A stretch of 64,000 nt of DNA from Eledone cirrhosa (GCA_964016885.1 OZ024743.1:20212001-20276000); one strand, 5' to 3'. Shown: positions 48,830-63,033, counted from the first letter of the stretch. Notes: generated by a model not told the origin, from the letters alone. Numbers and translations: made by a program.

Positions 48830-51800
48830 TATACTAATGAAATCTTCTATGGTCAAGAAGTGGGGGTAGTTCTGTGCAAGTTATGTCTACTTAAAATATG
48901 TTTAACTGCACAGGTACTACTTGTATACTACAAGCTTAGTTAACATCAGCTGTATGGTTGTCAGTAACCTTAAAATGTGCTTTAAACCCATTTGAAATGT
49001 CTCAAGTAGAATCACTAAATGGCTCTAAGGACTAGGAAATTACAGGTGAATAGTTCTGGCTTGGTAGGTGCCCCAACATGCTGTAGGCTGGGCTTGGTCA
49101 TTATCCTACTGCTGTAGTCAATCAACAAAAGAGAAAGATTAAACACACTAAGAAACTTGCTTGTTAGAATGTGCGTACTCTAGAGGACAACAATTTGTTC
49201 CAAAGACCAGGAGACGAACTACATTGATCGCTAATGAATTAAAAAAATATTAATTGAATATAGTGGCTCTCTCTGAGACATGCATACATGGAGATGGTCA
49301 GCTCAATGAAAATGGATTTGGGTGCATTTTCTTTTGGAAAGGTGTATCAGAAGGTCAAAGGAGAGAAGCAACTATTGGCTTTTCTGTTAAAAACTCTCTC
49401 ATCTCATCTTATGTAAGTTATATCAGTGGTTCCTCTGAACATATGTTATGTCGTCTGCATTTGCAAAAAGGAAGATACCTCACAATAATAAGTGTTTATG
49501 CTTCTACAATGTCACACGTAGAAGAATCTATTAAACAATTCTACAATGAACTTGGAGAATTAGTGAAAAAAGTACCAGGATTGGATCTGATTTGATAACA
49601 TAGCCTGCCTTAGGTATATATGGTGTAGGAAAGTGCAACTGAAATGGTGTTTTACTCCTCACGTTTCACTCTGAATATCAACTTGTAATAACAAACACTT
49701 CTTTTAACATATATAGAAAACAACTTGGATGCACCCAGCTCAATCTAACTATAACACCAAAAGCTAGACACTCTGGGACTAAAGTACCAAAGAATCTTAA
49801 TGTAGTAAATTTCATATCTTTTGATGCTATCCATTATTTCCTGTAGTACATTAGATAATATCAGACTTGCCCCGAACAATCTTTGGGAAGATTTTAAGAT
49901 AAAAGTCTTCCTGGCAGCATCTGCATCAAAAGGTATGAGATCAAAGAGATCTAATGACTGGGTTACAGATAACAACCCTGAAAGACAAAAAATATCTTTG
50001 TCAAAAACTTCTTTCTCAATCAAACAATCCTAATTGTGATAACTCTCATAAGTGACTAAAAACAAAAGTACAAAATGCTTTGAGAAATATTAAGCAGCAA
50101 TGGTGGCAAGGCAAAGCCAAGCAAGCACAAGAAGTAGTAAATCACAAGGACACTAAGGCATTTTTCTCATACATCAACGGCACCTGTAAGAACTGCAGAT
50201 GGTCAGTTACTCTTGACTGATATTGTCTCCAATCAGAACTGTTGGGTAGAACAGTTCCTTCAGCTCCTTAACAAGCATTCTAATACCAACATAAACATTA
50301 TTGAATCAATGAATCAATCAAAAGCTAATTGTAGATGAAATGGCATCAGAATCAATTCGAAATTATATTGCTTCTGCTGTACAAAAATTAAATAGCAATA
50401 AATCACCTAACCTAGATGGTATTAATGGTGTGGTTCTCAAGCATGGAGGTGAGAAAATGGTAGTACATTTACACACTGTAATAATATATTATTAGAGGAA
50501 GGAGGAAGTACCACAAGACTAGATTGATGCTATCTTGGTCTCCCTTTTCAAATCTGGTGCCAAAGACCAATGTGGTAATTTTAGGGGAATTTCCCTATTG
50601 TCTGTTGTCAGTAAGCTTCTAGCACGTGTCCTTTTGGAATGGTTTCATAAGTTCATAGTGCCAAGAGTCGTATCAGTGTCACAATGTTGTTGTTTTTTGT
50701 GAAAAGAGGCACTAGTGATATGATCTTCAAAATTAGACAACTGCAGGAAAGATGTATTGAACACAACCTTACTCTCTACCATTGTTTTTTTTTATCTCAG
50801 TAAGGCATTCGATACTGTTAATAGGAATGTCTTATGGTTGGTTTTGTCTAAATTTGAATGCCCTTAAAAGTTTGTAAATATATTGAAAGCTCTTTATAAA
50901 GACATGAAAGGCAGAGTTAACTGTAGAGGCACCCTCTCTGAGCCTTTTGCAGTTGAAAGTGGTGTGAAACGGGGAGACATTCATACACCTACCGTCTTTG
51001 CAATATATTTTGCTGCCATGCTTTTCAAAATAACAGTGAAGGCATGTAAGATATCAAACCACAGGAAGAGCAAAATGTTCACCCCACTAGAAAGAGTCCT
51101 AGTGTATGCTAATCACTGTAACCTTATCAGTCATACTGAGCATGAATTGTAATTGTTGATTTCTGTATTTGATTCAGCATCTGATATCTTTGGTTTGAAA
51201 CATAGAGAAAACGATAGTTTTATGTCAACCTGAACCTGGTCAAGTTATGTAACAACCTAAACTATATGTGAAAAGTTGTTGAATCCTTCATATACCTTCA
51301 GATGGAACATTGGATTCAGAAATATCTCTAAACAGAAACATCTCTAGACAGAAATATTTCTAGTCAGCAAAAGCTTTTGGTAGCTTAGAGCCTCGGATTT
51401 AGTCACAAAGACAACAAGAATTAAAAAGAAGTATCTGTTTATAGGTCTTCTGTACTCTTCTGAAACTTGGATGTGTTACAAATATCACTTTAGACACCTG
51501 CAACGATTCCATCAAAAATGCTTATGCCATATTCTGAAAATAAAATGGAATTCATTCACTCTTGATTCTGTTGTCCTAGTATCATCTGCTATTTGTTCCA
51601 TCCAGGCAATCATTTTGAAAACCCAGCTGTGGTCGTCTAGACTTATTGTCTACATGGCTGACAGACGTACCCCTAAGCAACTGCTTTATGAATAACTTGC
51701 TCTGGAAAAAAGGAAACAGAATAAGCCAAAGAAAGGGTTCAAGGATGCATTGAAGGAGAACTTGAAGACTGAAGGAATTGACCACAGAGATCTGGTAAGT

Positions 51801-52200
51801 CTTGTAGTGGATTGCGCTACCTAATGTTAAAAAATATGGGATGTTGTAAAAACCTTTGAGCAAAACTAGCTAATGCATGTAAATATTAAGAAGAATATAA
51901 GAAAAAATAGCCAGAAAGGGAATATGAAATTAATGGAAATGTTTCTACTTGTTCAGTTTGTGGCAAGATCTGCCTGTTAGAGACTGGACATCAAGCTTAC
52001 ATAAGGAACTTCCTACTAACCATAGAACATATTAACCAGCTCACTCCTTTCAATGCCACATATGCTACAAGATCTGCAAATCTGAAGGAGGTATAAAGAG
52101 ACATCTCAAAGTTAATCAAGATACATAGGCAGCTAATATGCAATTTATGTGGATGGTTTTATAAAAAAAATGTCTTTTTTTAAAAACCACATAAGATCTC
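48830..52200 (+). mobile_element. Old near-full-length RTE-BovB-like LINE
   Basis: APE remnants NVRTL, NIVALSET..GDGQL..FFWKG; RT remnants NFRGISLLSV, DLSKAFDTVNR, SGVKRGD, LQRFHQKCL; C-terminal CSVCGK zinc-finger remnant; many stops. Confidence 0.85.
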
Positions 52201-52261
52201 ATGCTAGAACTGAGCATCACGTACACTGAAGTGGTCAAGCTTTGCACTCAGCATATAACCA

Positions 52262-52568
<307 letters not shown>

Positions 52569-53240
52569 TAAAAGTCTGCAATGTCAAGACAAGGGAGAGT
52601 ACAAATTTGGCTAGTACTCCATGCATGGGAAGGTGCATATTGTGTATAAAGAAAGGTAAAAAAACCCCACTGCGATGCCTACCTCTTTTGGCTTGTATGT
52701 AGCACACTGTCTCAAGAATATACCCTTGAGAAGGTGTGCTACATACAATCCAAGACCATCATGATCAGGTTTTTACCTTTCTTTATATATATTTATGTAT
52801 ACACATAATCCATGCCAGTATGGAAAGATGGATACACCCCACTGTAATGCCAGACACCACTCATTCACTATCTCACTCTCTCCATGACCCAACACTTTCT
52901 TCCCGCTCAATCACACTGAATTTATACCTGAGTATCCACCTTCTCGTCCAACCATTCCAGAATAGAATGTGTGAGACATGGTCGTCCCAGAACATGACAA
53001 GCTATCTAACCCATACAAGCATAGAAAATAGACGTTAAACTGTGATGATATATATATATATGTATGTGTGTGTGTATGTGTGGTGCGTGTATGTGTGTGG
53101 GTGTGTATATATCATCATCATCATCCCTGTTTTACATCAATTCTTCCACTTATATGTATATATATATACCGTAGTAAAAGTTTGGTAGAAATATCCAACG
53201 GTAAGAGCACTCATTTCATAGGACAAGTTTAGTATAAACA

Positions 53241-53430
53241 ATTACAACAGTGACATAAACTGGTGCTTAAGTTTCGTTGGGCTCTGGACCCCAACTCATT
53301 CAGCCTGCTGTCATAAAAAAATTAAAATAAAGATGGCCATCTTTATTTTTATTTTCCTTATGACAGGCTGAATGAGTTGGGGTCCAGAACCCAACGAAAC
53401 TTAAGCACCAGTTTATGTCATTATTGTAAT
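53241..53430. repeat. Spacerless palindrome carrying a hammerhead-like motif on each arm
   Basis: Centre GATGGCCATC; arm reads CTGAATGA GTTGGG..CCCAAC GAAAC..GTC. Confidence 0.85.
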
Positions 53431-55700
53431 ATATATATACTTGTGTGTGTATGCTATATTTCATAAATGCACAAAATAAAGTGTATATATGATATGAGCC
53501 ATATTTCACTTCTTTATGATGAAGGAAAGAAAGAAAGGTAGTAAATGCTTAATAAATAAATTATAAAGTCCTGAAAAAAAATAAGATCTTGTTTAATGTG
53601 CTCTAGTAGTTATATCTCAACTACTTTTATATATATATATCATAAGGCCAGTTTGTCTCTCTTTACATAAATTTCTTTTCCAGATTTAACCACTTCATTG
53701 TCTCAGAATTTTACAAGAAATATATAGCTTTTCTTTCTTTCTCTTATTCTGTATCTCCTGTTCTTGTGGAATATTGATATTATTAATGTAACATATAAAT
53801 AAAAATACAGGCGTTGATAAACCAATGTAATTGTTATGAGCATTAATAGAATTACTTACCAAAGCTAATGGCAAAAAATATTTTGCTATATATCTATAAA
53901 TAAACTGTAGTTAAGCCATTTCACACTTCAAATTTTCAGAAAGTCAGCATTAGAGGCACTGATGAATAAATAGTAATATAAATAAATAAATAAATTAATT
54001 AATTGATTAAATAAATAAAATTAAATATTTTCCAAATTTCTAATTAATAAAACTTTTAACGAAAGCAAAATGATACCAGAGGAATTTTTTAACATCTTGT
54101 GCAGATTACTAAAGCACATTTCATTAAATCAGAGATGCTGACAGCATTACACTTTTTGATGATACCTGAAATCATAATTAAAACCATTAAAAGGTTACAG
54201 TGATGCTAGTGTCTCACACTGAAACAATATTCATTTAAAAACCATGATTCACCCTGATAACCTATCATTTCTAAAAGTCTTTCTTTACACTATCTAAATT
54301 CCTTTATCCTTTATTTATGCACCAAAAATCCAATGAAGAGGAGACCAAGGGTATCAACATAATTTTTTCTGATGAAAGATATTAATTTTGAAAACATTAA
54401 AGATTTTAAGAAAATTTAATAATGCAACTATCAGTTATATTTTTAAAATATTGCTTGTAGCATAACTTAAATGTTCTTCCATAAAATTGGAAAGGTTTTA
54501 GATGAATATAAATGTTTTAAAATAAACAGGTTATACCATAGAACAACGATGAGTTTCAGACAGTTTTTATATCAAAAGGGTTAACATTTGTTATTGGTTG
54601 ATGATTTCAGACTATACACAAGAAGTCAGTATAAAAAAAATTTGATTTAATGAATAATATTCTTCAAAATACAAGGAAGAAATGTGGCTAAAGCTTTCTC
54701 TCACATTTTGTTATACATCAAAACAACAAAACAAATTTATATTTTCAAATAAAAATGATTAGAGAGAGGCATTTGATTAGTCTAACTAACACCATTCCAA
54801 TGATAATAAAACGACTTCAAAACCCTCAAAACATAAGGCAGTGGAACACATTTATGGAAGTAGTTTACTAGATTAGAAAATTAATGATAGTCAACCAAAA
54901 AAAATACTTAGTAAATATTCATCAAATGATAACTCAGAATGTAAAATACAGAAATATGCATCTAAGTTGTCAAGTATTTGTGACATTATCACTGACTTAT
55001 ATATAAGAATAAAGCTTATCTATGACCAATAACTGTCAAGTCTCCATACTCACTGAAAGTTAAACATTTTTATGCAGGAAAATAGCTAAGAGAAATAAAC
55101 TACCTCATCGGTAAAAAGAATACAGAAAATATACACCTAAATTATTACTAAGATGTAATTTGTTATGTTTCTGGTATTCAGCAGATATCTTCATCACCAC
55201 CACTATCAGCATTATCATCATCATCATTATCACTTTTACATACACTTCTCCAGAACAACTTCTCTTCACTTGTCTCTTTCTTTGGTCTTCATCTTCGGTG
55301 GCTTTCTTCCACTTGGAACACCTAAAGAGTTTTTCATCTAAAAATCATCATCCATACACACAGTGGCGGACTCACCAGACTGCCAGGTTGCCCAATGGCA
55401 ATTGGGCCCCAGTATTGCAAGAGCCCACAGTAGCATTGCAGGGCCCACTGTAGTATTTTAGGGGCCAATGATTTGCTTTCAAAAATACCTGAATTCTAAG
55501 AGAAAGAATAAAATCTTTTAAAAAATAAATAAAACACTTAAGCAAAGCATTTGGTCAACCAACTCCATAGGGAATTACTAGAAACCAAAATATACGATAG
55601 TGTAAATAGCTGGAATCAGTAGTTGTACATTCTACTAAATCTAAAGCTTAGTGTATTCATTCATGCAGGCAAACATACATATGTAGACACACACACAGAA

Positions 55701-55729
<29 letters not shown>

Positions 55730-55736
<7 letters not shown>

Positions 55737-55884
55737 ATACTTTGGGAGGGTCATGTTGCCAATAAGAAACACACGCACCAGTGCGTGTGTTTCTTATTGG
55801 CAACATGACCCTCCCAAAGTATAACAATATCAGTTTCAACACACGTTTTCAGATAAAGAATCTTGCTAAACAAATTCAGAAACG

Positions 55885-55885
<1 letters not shown>
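55730..55885. repeat. Solo palindromic remnant of the PLE2 pseudo-LTR
   Basis: Right part matches 40408-40513 and left part matches 37630-37680; embedded in (TA)n. Confidence 0.9.
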
Positions 55886-55923
<38 letters not shown>

Positions 55924-56076
55924 GTTATGCAAGAAATGCTTAGGATTATCCTGAATGCAGTAATGGTTAATTACTACACTAGATAGAGTCGACGTACGGT
56001 GAGGCGTTACTCAACGAGTTATGGAAGAATAGTTAAAGAAACTTAGTTTCTGATTCTTCTGTATTCCGGAGTGTAG

Positions 56077-56406
56077 ATAAAGAATGAATAATAAAACAGG
56101 TAGACATCATAAAAAGGTAATTTATTCCGAGTGCTTACAAATGTTTCAACAGTAGTTACACAGCCTAGCCATGCTATGTGCAAATTGGTAGTTATTTATT
56201 TTCAGATACTCAATTTTCAAATGTTGCTTCTCCATTCTGCTCTGAAGATACGATAGGAGAAGCAGCATTTGAAAATTGAGTATCTGCAAATAAATAACTA
56301 CCAATTTGCACATAGCATGGCTAGGCTGTGTAACTACTGTTGAAACATTTGTAAGCACTCGGAATAAATTACCTTTTTATGATGTCTACCTGTTTTATTA
56401 TTCATT

Positions 56407-56412
<6 letters not shown>
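56077..56412. repeat. Inverted repeat with about 157-bp arms and 22-bp spacer
   Basis: 56077-56233 is the reverse complement of 56256-56412; contains GAAACATTTGTA and AATAAA; ends in (TA)n. Confidence 0.92.
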
Positions 56413-56459
<47 letters not shown>

Positions 56460-56514
56460 CTGTGATTGTTTCATGTGTTTATTTTAAATATATGTATGTC
56501 AATCAATTTCTAGT

Positions 56515-56557
<43 letters not shown>

Positions 56558-57037
56558 CTTACACACGAACTACTGACCAAATAATATTTGGTATCAATGG
56601 GTTAAAGACATCTGTCAAATCAATTAGTGGTGAAGGTGGTGTATATATATATATATATGTAGAGAGAGAGAGATAAATACACACACATACACGTGATGGG
56701 TGGAGAGATGCTGTGCTGATTAGGGCCGGTCCAACCCTTGCAAGCAGGGAAAAGCAGACGTAAAATGATAATGATATATATTGAGTAAGTGTGAAAGACC
56801 AAAGTTCATCATTGAAAGTCTTTGAATTTCGCAAAATACATATTTTTTATTGCAGAAGGTAAGATATTTTTCCACAAAAATTTGATTGCACTGTTTTGTT
56901 TCCACTTATGTATTTTTTGAAAATGTTATTTATTCATTATAAAAATTAAATGATACAATTCTATATGTAGATGGGCCCCCTTCATCTGGCGACCAATATT
57001 TTTAGACATAGTCCGCCACTGTATATATATATATATA

Positions 57038-57210
57038 ATTGTTTCTACTTTTGGCACAAGACCAGCAATTATCCCAGTGCATTACTAGTGCTTTATTTTA
57101 TTGACCCTGTAAGACAAGGTTAACCTCGGTGGGATTTGAACTCTGACCGTAAAGGGACGTAATTCTGTGCTAGAAAGCATGGTGTCTGACACTACCAATA
57201 CTGCCAATCC
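57038..57210 (-). mobile_element. Meta-like tRNA SINE
   Basis: Reverse complement of the family consensus, with a small internal deletion. Confidence 0.85.
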
Positions 57211-57214
57211 ATAT

Positions 57215-58715
57215 ATAATGCCAATCATTGTAAGTTTGAATCTAACTGACATGAAAAAACATATATATAGGAATAAGGTAAGCCCAAATCATAGTAAATT
57301 CAAATATCACAGAGAGAGAGAGAGGGAGAGAGGGGGGGGTGGAACAGAAATAAAACACGGGTTACAGGTTAAAATGTAGTCTAGATAGATGAGAAACAAA
57401 ATGAGGATGTAACAGCCAAATGATTTAGAAGTCGACCTTAAGTAGGAGCAATAACATTAAGAAAGACATGAACGACACCACAACACTTTGTTTTGAAAAT
57501 TTTGAAAGTAGGTTTATAAGAATGAATTTTCATATGATTTTTGTAGTTGTCTTTCTGGCCTAGCAGTAGGTACTCGAGACGGTGGAGATCCTGACCTTGG
57601 ATTCAATCCTGGTCAAGAAGTACATGTAACCTTTTTTAGTTTTTATTTGACAACCAATAGAAGAAAAACTGAATAGGTTTATTGGGAACCTTACTCCCGA
57701 CCAGGATCACCACTGTCTATGATTCCTCAAACTAGGCCACTGAGACAGCTTCAAAATTATAATGAAAATTAATAATTATAAACCTACTTTCAAAATCAAA
57801 GCTAAAAAGATGTGGTGTCGTTCATGGCTTTCCTAGAGCTATTAGTAATATTTAGGGTCGGCTTGTCAATCTTCTGGACCTTTGGTAACAACCTTATTAT
57901 TCCTATGTGTGTTTAACTGTTGAATTAATTTAATTTGATTATTTTAGAAAACAAATAATATATGTATATATATATCATCATCATCACCCTCATCGTTCAA
58001 CGTCCATCTTCTATGCTAGCATGGGTTAGACCCATTATATATATATATATAATGCCAATCATTGTAAGTTTGAATCTGACATGCAAAAACATATATATAT
58101 GAATAAAGTAAGCCCAAATCATAGTAGATTCAACTATCACAGAGAGAAAGAGAGAGAGGGGGAGAAATGAGGTGCAACAGAAATGAATTATGGATTACAG
58201 GTTAAAATGTAGTCTAGATAGATGAGAAACAAAACGAGGATGCAGTTTATGGAAAACCCAAATGATTTAGAAGTCAACCTTAAGTAGGGGCAATAGCATT
58301 AATGAATGACACCGCAACACTTTGTTTTGAGAATTTTGAAAGTAGGTTTATGAGTATGAATTTTCATAAGATTTTCGTAGTTGTCTCTGTGGCCTAGCAG
58401 TAGGTACTAGAGACGGTGGATATCCTGACCTTGGTTTCAATCCTGGTCAAGACATGTAAGGTATATGTAACCTCTTTCAGTTTTTATTTTAAAACTGAAA
58501 AGGTTTTCCGGGAACCATACTCCCGACCAGGATCGAACTTCAGACCAGGATCACCATCGTCTATGATTCCTCCAACTAGGCCACCAAGACAGCTACAAAA
58601 GTATAATTAAATTTGATAATTATAAACCTACTTTCAAAATCAAAACTAAAAATAAGTGGTGTTGTTCATGGCTTTCCTAGAGCTATTAGTAATATTTAGA
58701 GCCAACTTCTGGTCA
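57215..58715. repeat. Two diverged copies of an about 660-bp unit containing tail-to-tail tRNA-like sequences
   Basis: 57215-57870 resembles 58050-58710; each has inverted arms with a TGGCCTAG A box and a GTTCGATCC-like B box. Confidence 0.8.
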
Positions 58716-58730
58716 TTATTGAATGTCTCT

Positions 58731-58912
58731 GGTGGATTGGCAGTATCGGTAGAGGGTCGGACGCCATGCTTTCCAGCATAGTTACGTCCCTTTATGATCT
58801 GAGTTCAAATCCCGCCGAGGTTGACTTTGCCTTTCATCCTTACAGGGTCGATAAAATAAAGTACCAGTAATGCACTGGGTAATTGCTGGCCTTGTGCCTA
58901 AAGTAGAAACAA
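58731..58912 (+). mobile_element. Young Meta-like SINE with TSD
   Basis: ATTATTGAATGTCTCTGG is duplicated at 58715-58732 and 58912-58929. Confidence 0.92.
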
Positions 58913-60838
58913 TTATTGAATGTCTCTGGATTTCGCAAAATACATAATATTTTTTATTGAGAAGGTAAGATATTTTTCCACAAAAATTTGATTGCATTGC
59001 TTTGTTTCCACTTATGTATTTTTCTAAAATGTTATTTATTCATTATAAAAATCAAATGATAGCATTCTATATGTAGGTGGGCCCCCTTCATGTCTTGGCA
59101 ACCATTATTTTTAGACCCAGTCCACCACTGCATACACATTACATGACCACACAAAAACAATCTTCACTTTTGCACACTACATATTAATTATTTCATACTC
59201 AGTTTAGATACAGCCACACAGGCTTCAACCTGGTTTCCACCTGCTGAACTTCACTTACAAACCTTGGGTTGACATAAAGCTCTTTTAGAAGATTTTTGCA
59301 CAAAGTGCTTAGCCCTGGGATCAACTACAACATATATTTTTGTAATGAAATTCTCTTTACTGCATGTCTATGTTATTATCTATGTTATTATCCATGTTAT
59401 TATCTATGGTAAATATTTTCTTTGATTTTGTTTATGATTCCTTCATTGTTTATTCAAGTAGCCTCAGCATTGGTATCATTATTATAAACACATTACAATT
59501 AAAATATTCTTTGAAAGCACAAATCTCAACACAAACATCACTCTCAACTTAATTCTTTTTTTTTAAAGTGCTCATTTGCAGAATTATAACCAAATCTTGA
59601 GTATTTATTTCATTTTTCATCAAACATAGGATAATGAGATTATTGATTACAATTTAAAGCAGTTAAAGTCTAGTACTTGAAATTACTGCAACCAATTCAG
59701 GTTCAAATTTTTTACATTTAAATTTCATTTTTAATACACTAAATACTCATTTTTATTGTTCTGTAGTACAACCCCAGCAATTGATATTTGTTAGTTACTT
59801 GCATGGAAGACAGAATGAAGTGTCTCGATGTAGTGAAATACAACTAGTAATTGTTAGCTTATTTCAATGAAACTATATTACTAAATTTAATATTGTTTTT
59901 TTTTCTGTATGATTCCTTCTTAGGAAGTTGTAACATTGTCTAACAATTCTGATGTTTTCAATTAATTAGGACTCTGTAACAGAAAATAGAAAACCAAACG
60001 ATTTTCAGAAATAGAGACCATTTCCATTTCAGAAATAGAGACCATTTCTATTCATAGAATAGACATTTGGTCAGTTGTCAAAATACATTTTGGTGAAATG
60101 TTATGAAATATATTTGTAAACATTCTTGAAAGAGATACCTAAAAATGTAGCTTTTACTTTAATTCCTCATTCATCTCATTTAATGGAAGTTAAATAAGTG
60201 TTATATTTTGTATCAGCAAAGCTAAAATGTTAAATAATGGTTTGTGGGGTATTATCAAACTATATAATAATTGGAAATGTATCATTCTTAAATATAAACC
60301 CACAACAGAATTCATTTCAGAAGACAAACATAATTTTTTTTACATGATTTTAAACAAAAATTATACAAATCTGACAACATCAATATTTAGAAAAACAAAA
60401 CTTCCAAACACATCAAAAATTATATTTATATTTATAAATTATGAATAATCTGTTTTCTATTGTAAAAAAAAATTCGCAATGTAAGGTTATTAAAAATAAA
60501 ATGTTATGTTGTTATATATGTTAACCTGAAAATCAACATGAAAAGATATTTGAAAACACTATACACAGATTACATTGATATGTTGCCAAGATTTTGACAA
60601 CTACAAACAAAGAAGTTACCTTAAAATCAAATATTAATTGAACTCATGCTTAATTTGTATATTCTTTATCATTTAATATATAAAGAGATTACTATTTTTT
60701 TTTCATAAAAATAGAAAGACAGTATAATGTTCCCTTACACAAACCTATACCACAACTAAATACAACAAACCTCCACAAGCCAAAGATATACAACAAAATA
60801 CAATTACCCAAGTAAGCAAAATCAAAATTAAAACCTAC

Positions 60839-60931
60839 CCACTATACTAGTACTAAGAGGGCAAACTGAATCAAGCTGAGGCGGCGAGTCCACTGGGGCT
60901 GCAGGGCGGCCAACATATGGGCCCCCATTTG
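60839..60931 (-). CDS. Candidate 93-nt internal host exon (phase 1-1), product unknown
   Basis: Polypyrimidine tract plus TTTTGAG acceptor, GC-rich body open in one frame only (NGGPYVGRPAAPVDSPPQLDSVCPLSTSIV), donor G|GTAGGT; lies in non-repetitive sequence. Confidence 0.4.
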
Positions 60932-61523
60932 CTCAAAATAGTGAGAGATGGGGAGAGCAGAAGGGATATTAAGATAACAATGTCTACACACCTTCATTTT
61001 ACTACACAAAGATATGAATGTCAAATATCAGAATGAAACAAGTACTGGAATACATATGATTGACTAAAATACTTGAAAGCATTGTTTTAGCATAGCTACA
61101 GCCAAATGACTGAAAACAGTATAAAAGAATATGTATGTATGATGAAGTTATATCTGTATAAATACAAAATGTGTAACCAAATCTTCAACCATGCATATAA
61201 AATATATACATTTTTAATATGTAAACATGCCTGTAAATTGAAATAACAATAAACACCTTTATTTGTTTTTCAGATCCGATTGGCACCTTATCAGAAGATA
61301 TGTTTATCACCCAATCAACCATAATATGTATTTGATGGGTATATATAGCCATTTGCTCTTAGTATTATTCTGAAATGGACATACTAATTTGCATATTATT
61401 AGTACTTGTGTTGGTAAATCATAAAGATATATATTAAGAAGTGTACTAGCAGCCGAAGTGTATGATAAAGTTATATCTTTATAAATACAGTGTGTAACCA
61501 AAGCTACAACAATGTATATATAT

Positions 61524-61709
<186 letters not shown>

Positions 61710-62689
61710 ATACATTTTTGATATGCCAGAAAATAGGAATTTAGTATGTATGTAAATATGTATGTATGTATATATGTATCTATATATGCATGAGTGTGTG
61801 CGTGTATGTGTGTGTGTATTTACATAGAGGCATGCAATAAAGGAAAATCTAAAATTATATACACAGGGAGTATGTTAGATTAATTAACTAATTTTTCTTT
61901 GAAACATATCAGAAAATAAAGTGAGTAAATATTGGTAAAAAGAATTGTGTAAATCTCTCATTATATCTTATATGATTTCTTTCAGTTTAGATTTCTGTGT
62001 TAAATTTTAAACAATTCAATCATTAGACTGTTCTTAAAAACCTCTTGAATATACATATAATTATATTTAGCTTACTTTCTTAAAGTATCCAAATTTGTCT
62101 GTAAAGATAATAGCTGTTACTTATGAATTGAAACTTATTTTTTATTTGTTTCATATTAATTAACGACACCATGAAACTAATTACTTTGTGAGTGTGTAAT
62201 AAGCAAAATTTCACAGAACTCTTATTGCAATAAAGTTAGTCTTAGGTAATATTATGAATATTATGATATTCATTACAATACAAAACCTGAGCTAAGTAAT
62301 GGATATTAACTGATAGCTAGCATTACTATAACTTAATTATTAGTAAAAGTTACAAAATCAATTTTAATCATAATTATTAATTCAAGTTTGAATGCAGAAG
62401 TCATAAGGTTCTTAAATTATATATCTATCATTTGGAAATACTATTAATTTGTTTCTGTATAACATACTCAGTAATAAAGAGTTTATCATCATGTATGTTA
62501 CTTTGGTATATATTATTGACATATCAACCAACTGAACAATTGAAACTAGTTAATAAAATTTAGAATTAAGAAAGAGATTCATCAAAATAGAAATATGTAT
62601 ACTAGTCACTAGAATTTTGTAACATATTATCTAATCTAATCTAATCTGGCCGAGTTTACACTCACAAATAAGAAGAACCAGGGCCGCCC

Positions 62690-63033
62690 CTAGGAGCATT
62701 GGATTTGGTGTACTTCATATTTGTTTCGGTTGCTGAATACAATCAGGGGTCACTGCTTCTCCTGAAGGTCAATACTTCTCTTCTAACTCGAGCAGAAGCG
62801 CCTTTCCATTGTCAATTTGCATTGTTCTCAGGACCACTACACCAATCTTTTGATGTGTGCAGCTGGAACTACTGCCACCCATTGATTTTGCAGGATCACA
62901 ACTCATTTCTACAGCTGAGTAAACTGGAGCAACGTGAAATAAAGTGTGTTGCTCAAGGACACAACACACCACCTGGTCCAAGAATTGAACTCACAACCTT
63001 TCGATTGCAAGCCCAATACTCTAACCACTAAGC
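62690..63033 (-). mobile_element. CORE-type tRNA SINE with an alternative tail
   Basis: Head GCTTAGTGGTTAGAG..GAGTTCAATTCTTGGACC and CORE segment match 17400-17530; the 3' part differs; left boundary approximate. Confidence 0.75.

Larger units (their letters stand above)
55361..59130. mobile_element. Composite non-autonomous hAT-type element with 8-bp TSD CATACACA
   Basis: TIR CAGTGGCGGACT at 55361 and AGTCCACCACTG ending 59130; GGGCCC subterminal repeats; CATACACA on both flanks; an extra right end at 56805-57022. Confidence 0.8.

Noticed and set aside
56300-56360. Hammerhead in the 56-kb palindrome (GAAACATTTGTA)
   Set aside because: No CUGANGA core on either arm.
61274-61335. Plus-strand acceptor TTTTTCAG followed by a short open frame (similar at 32700 and 46058)
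   Set aside because: Weak or absent donors and no recognisable peptide; such sites are expected by chance in AT-rich DNA.
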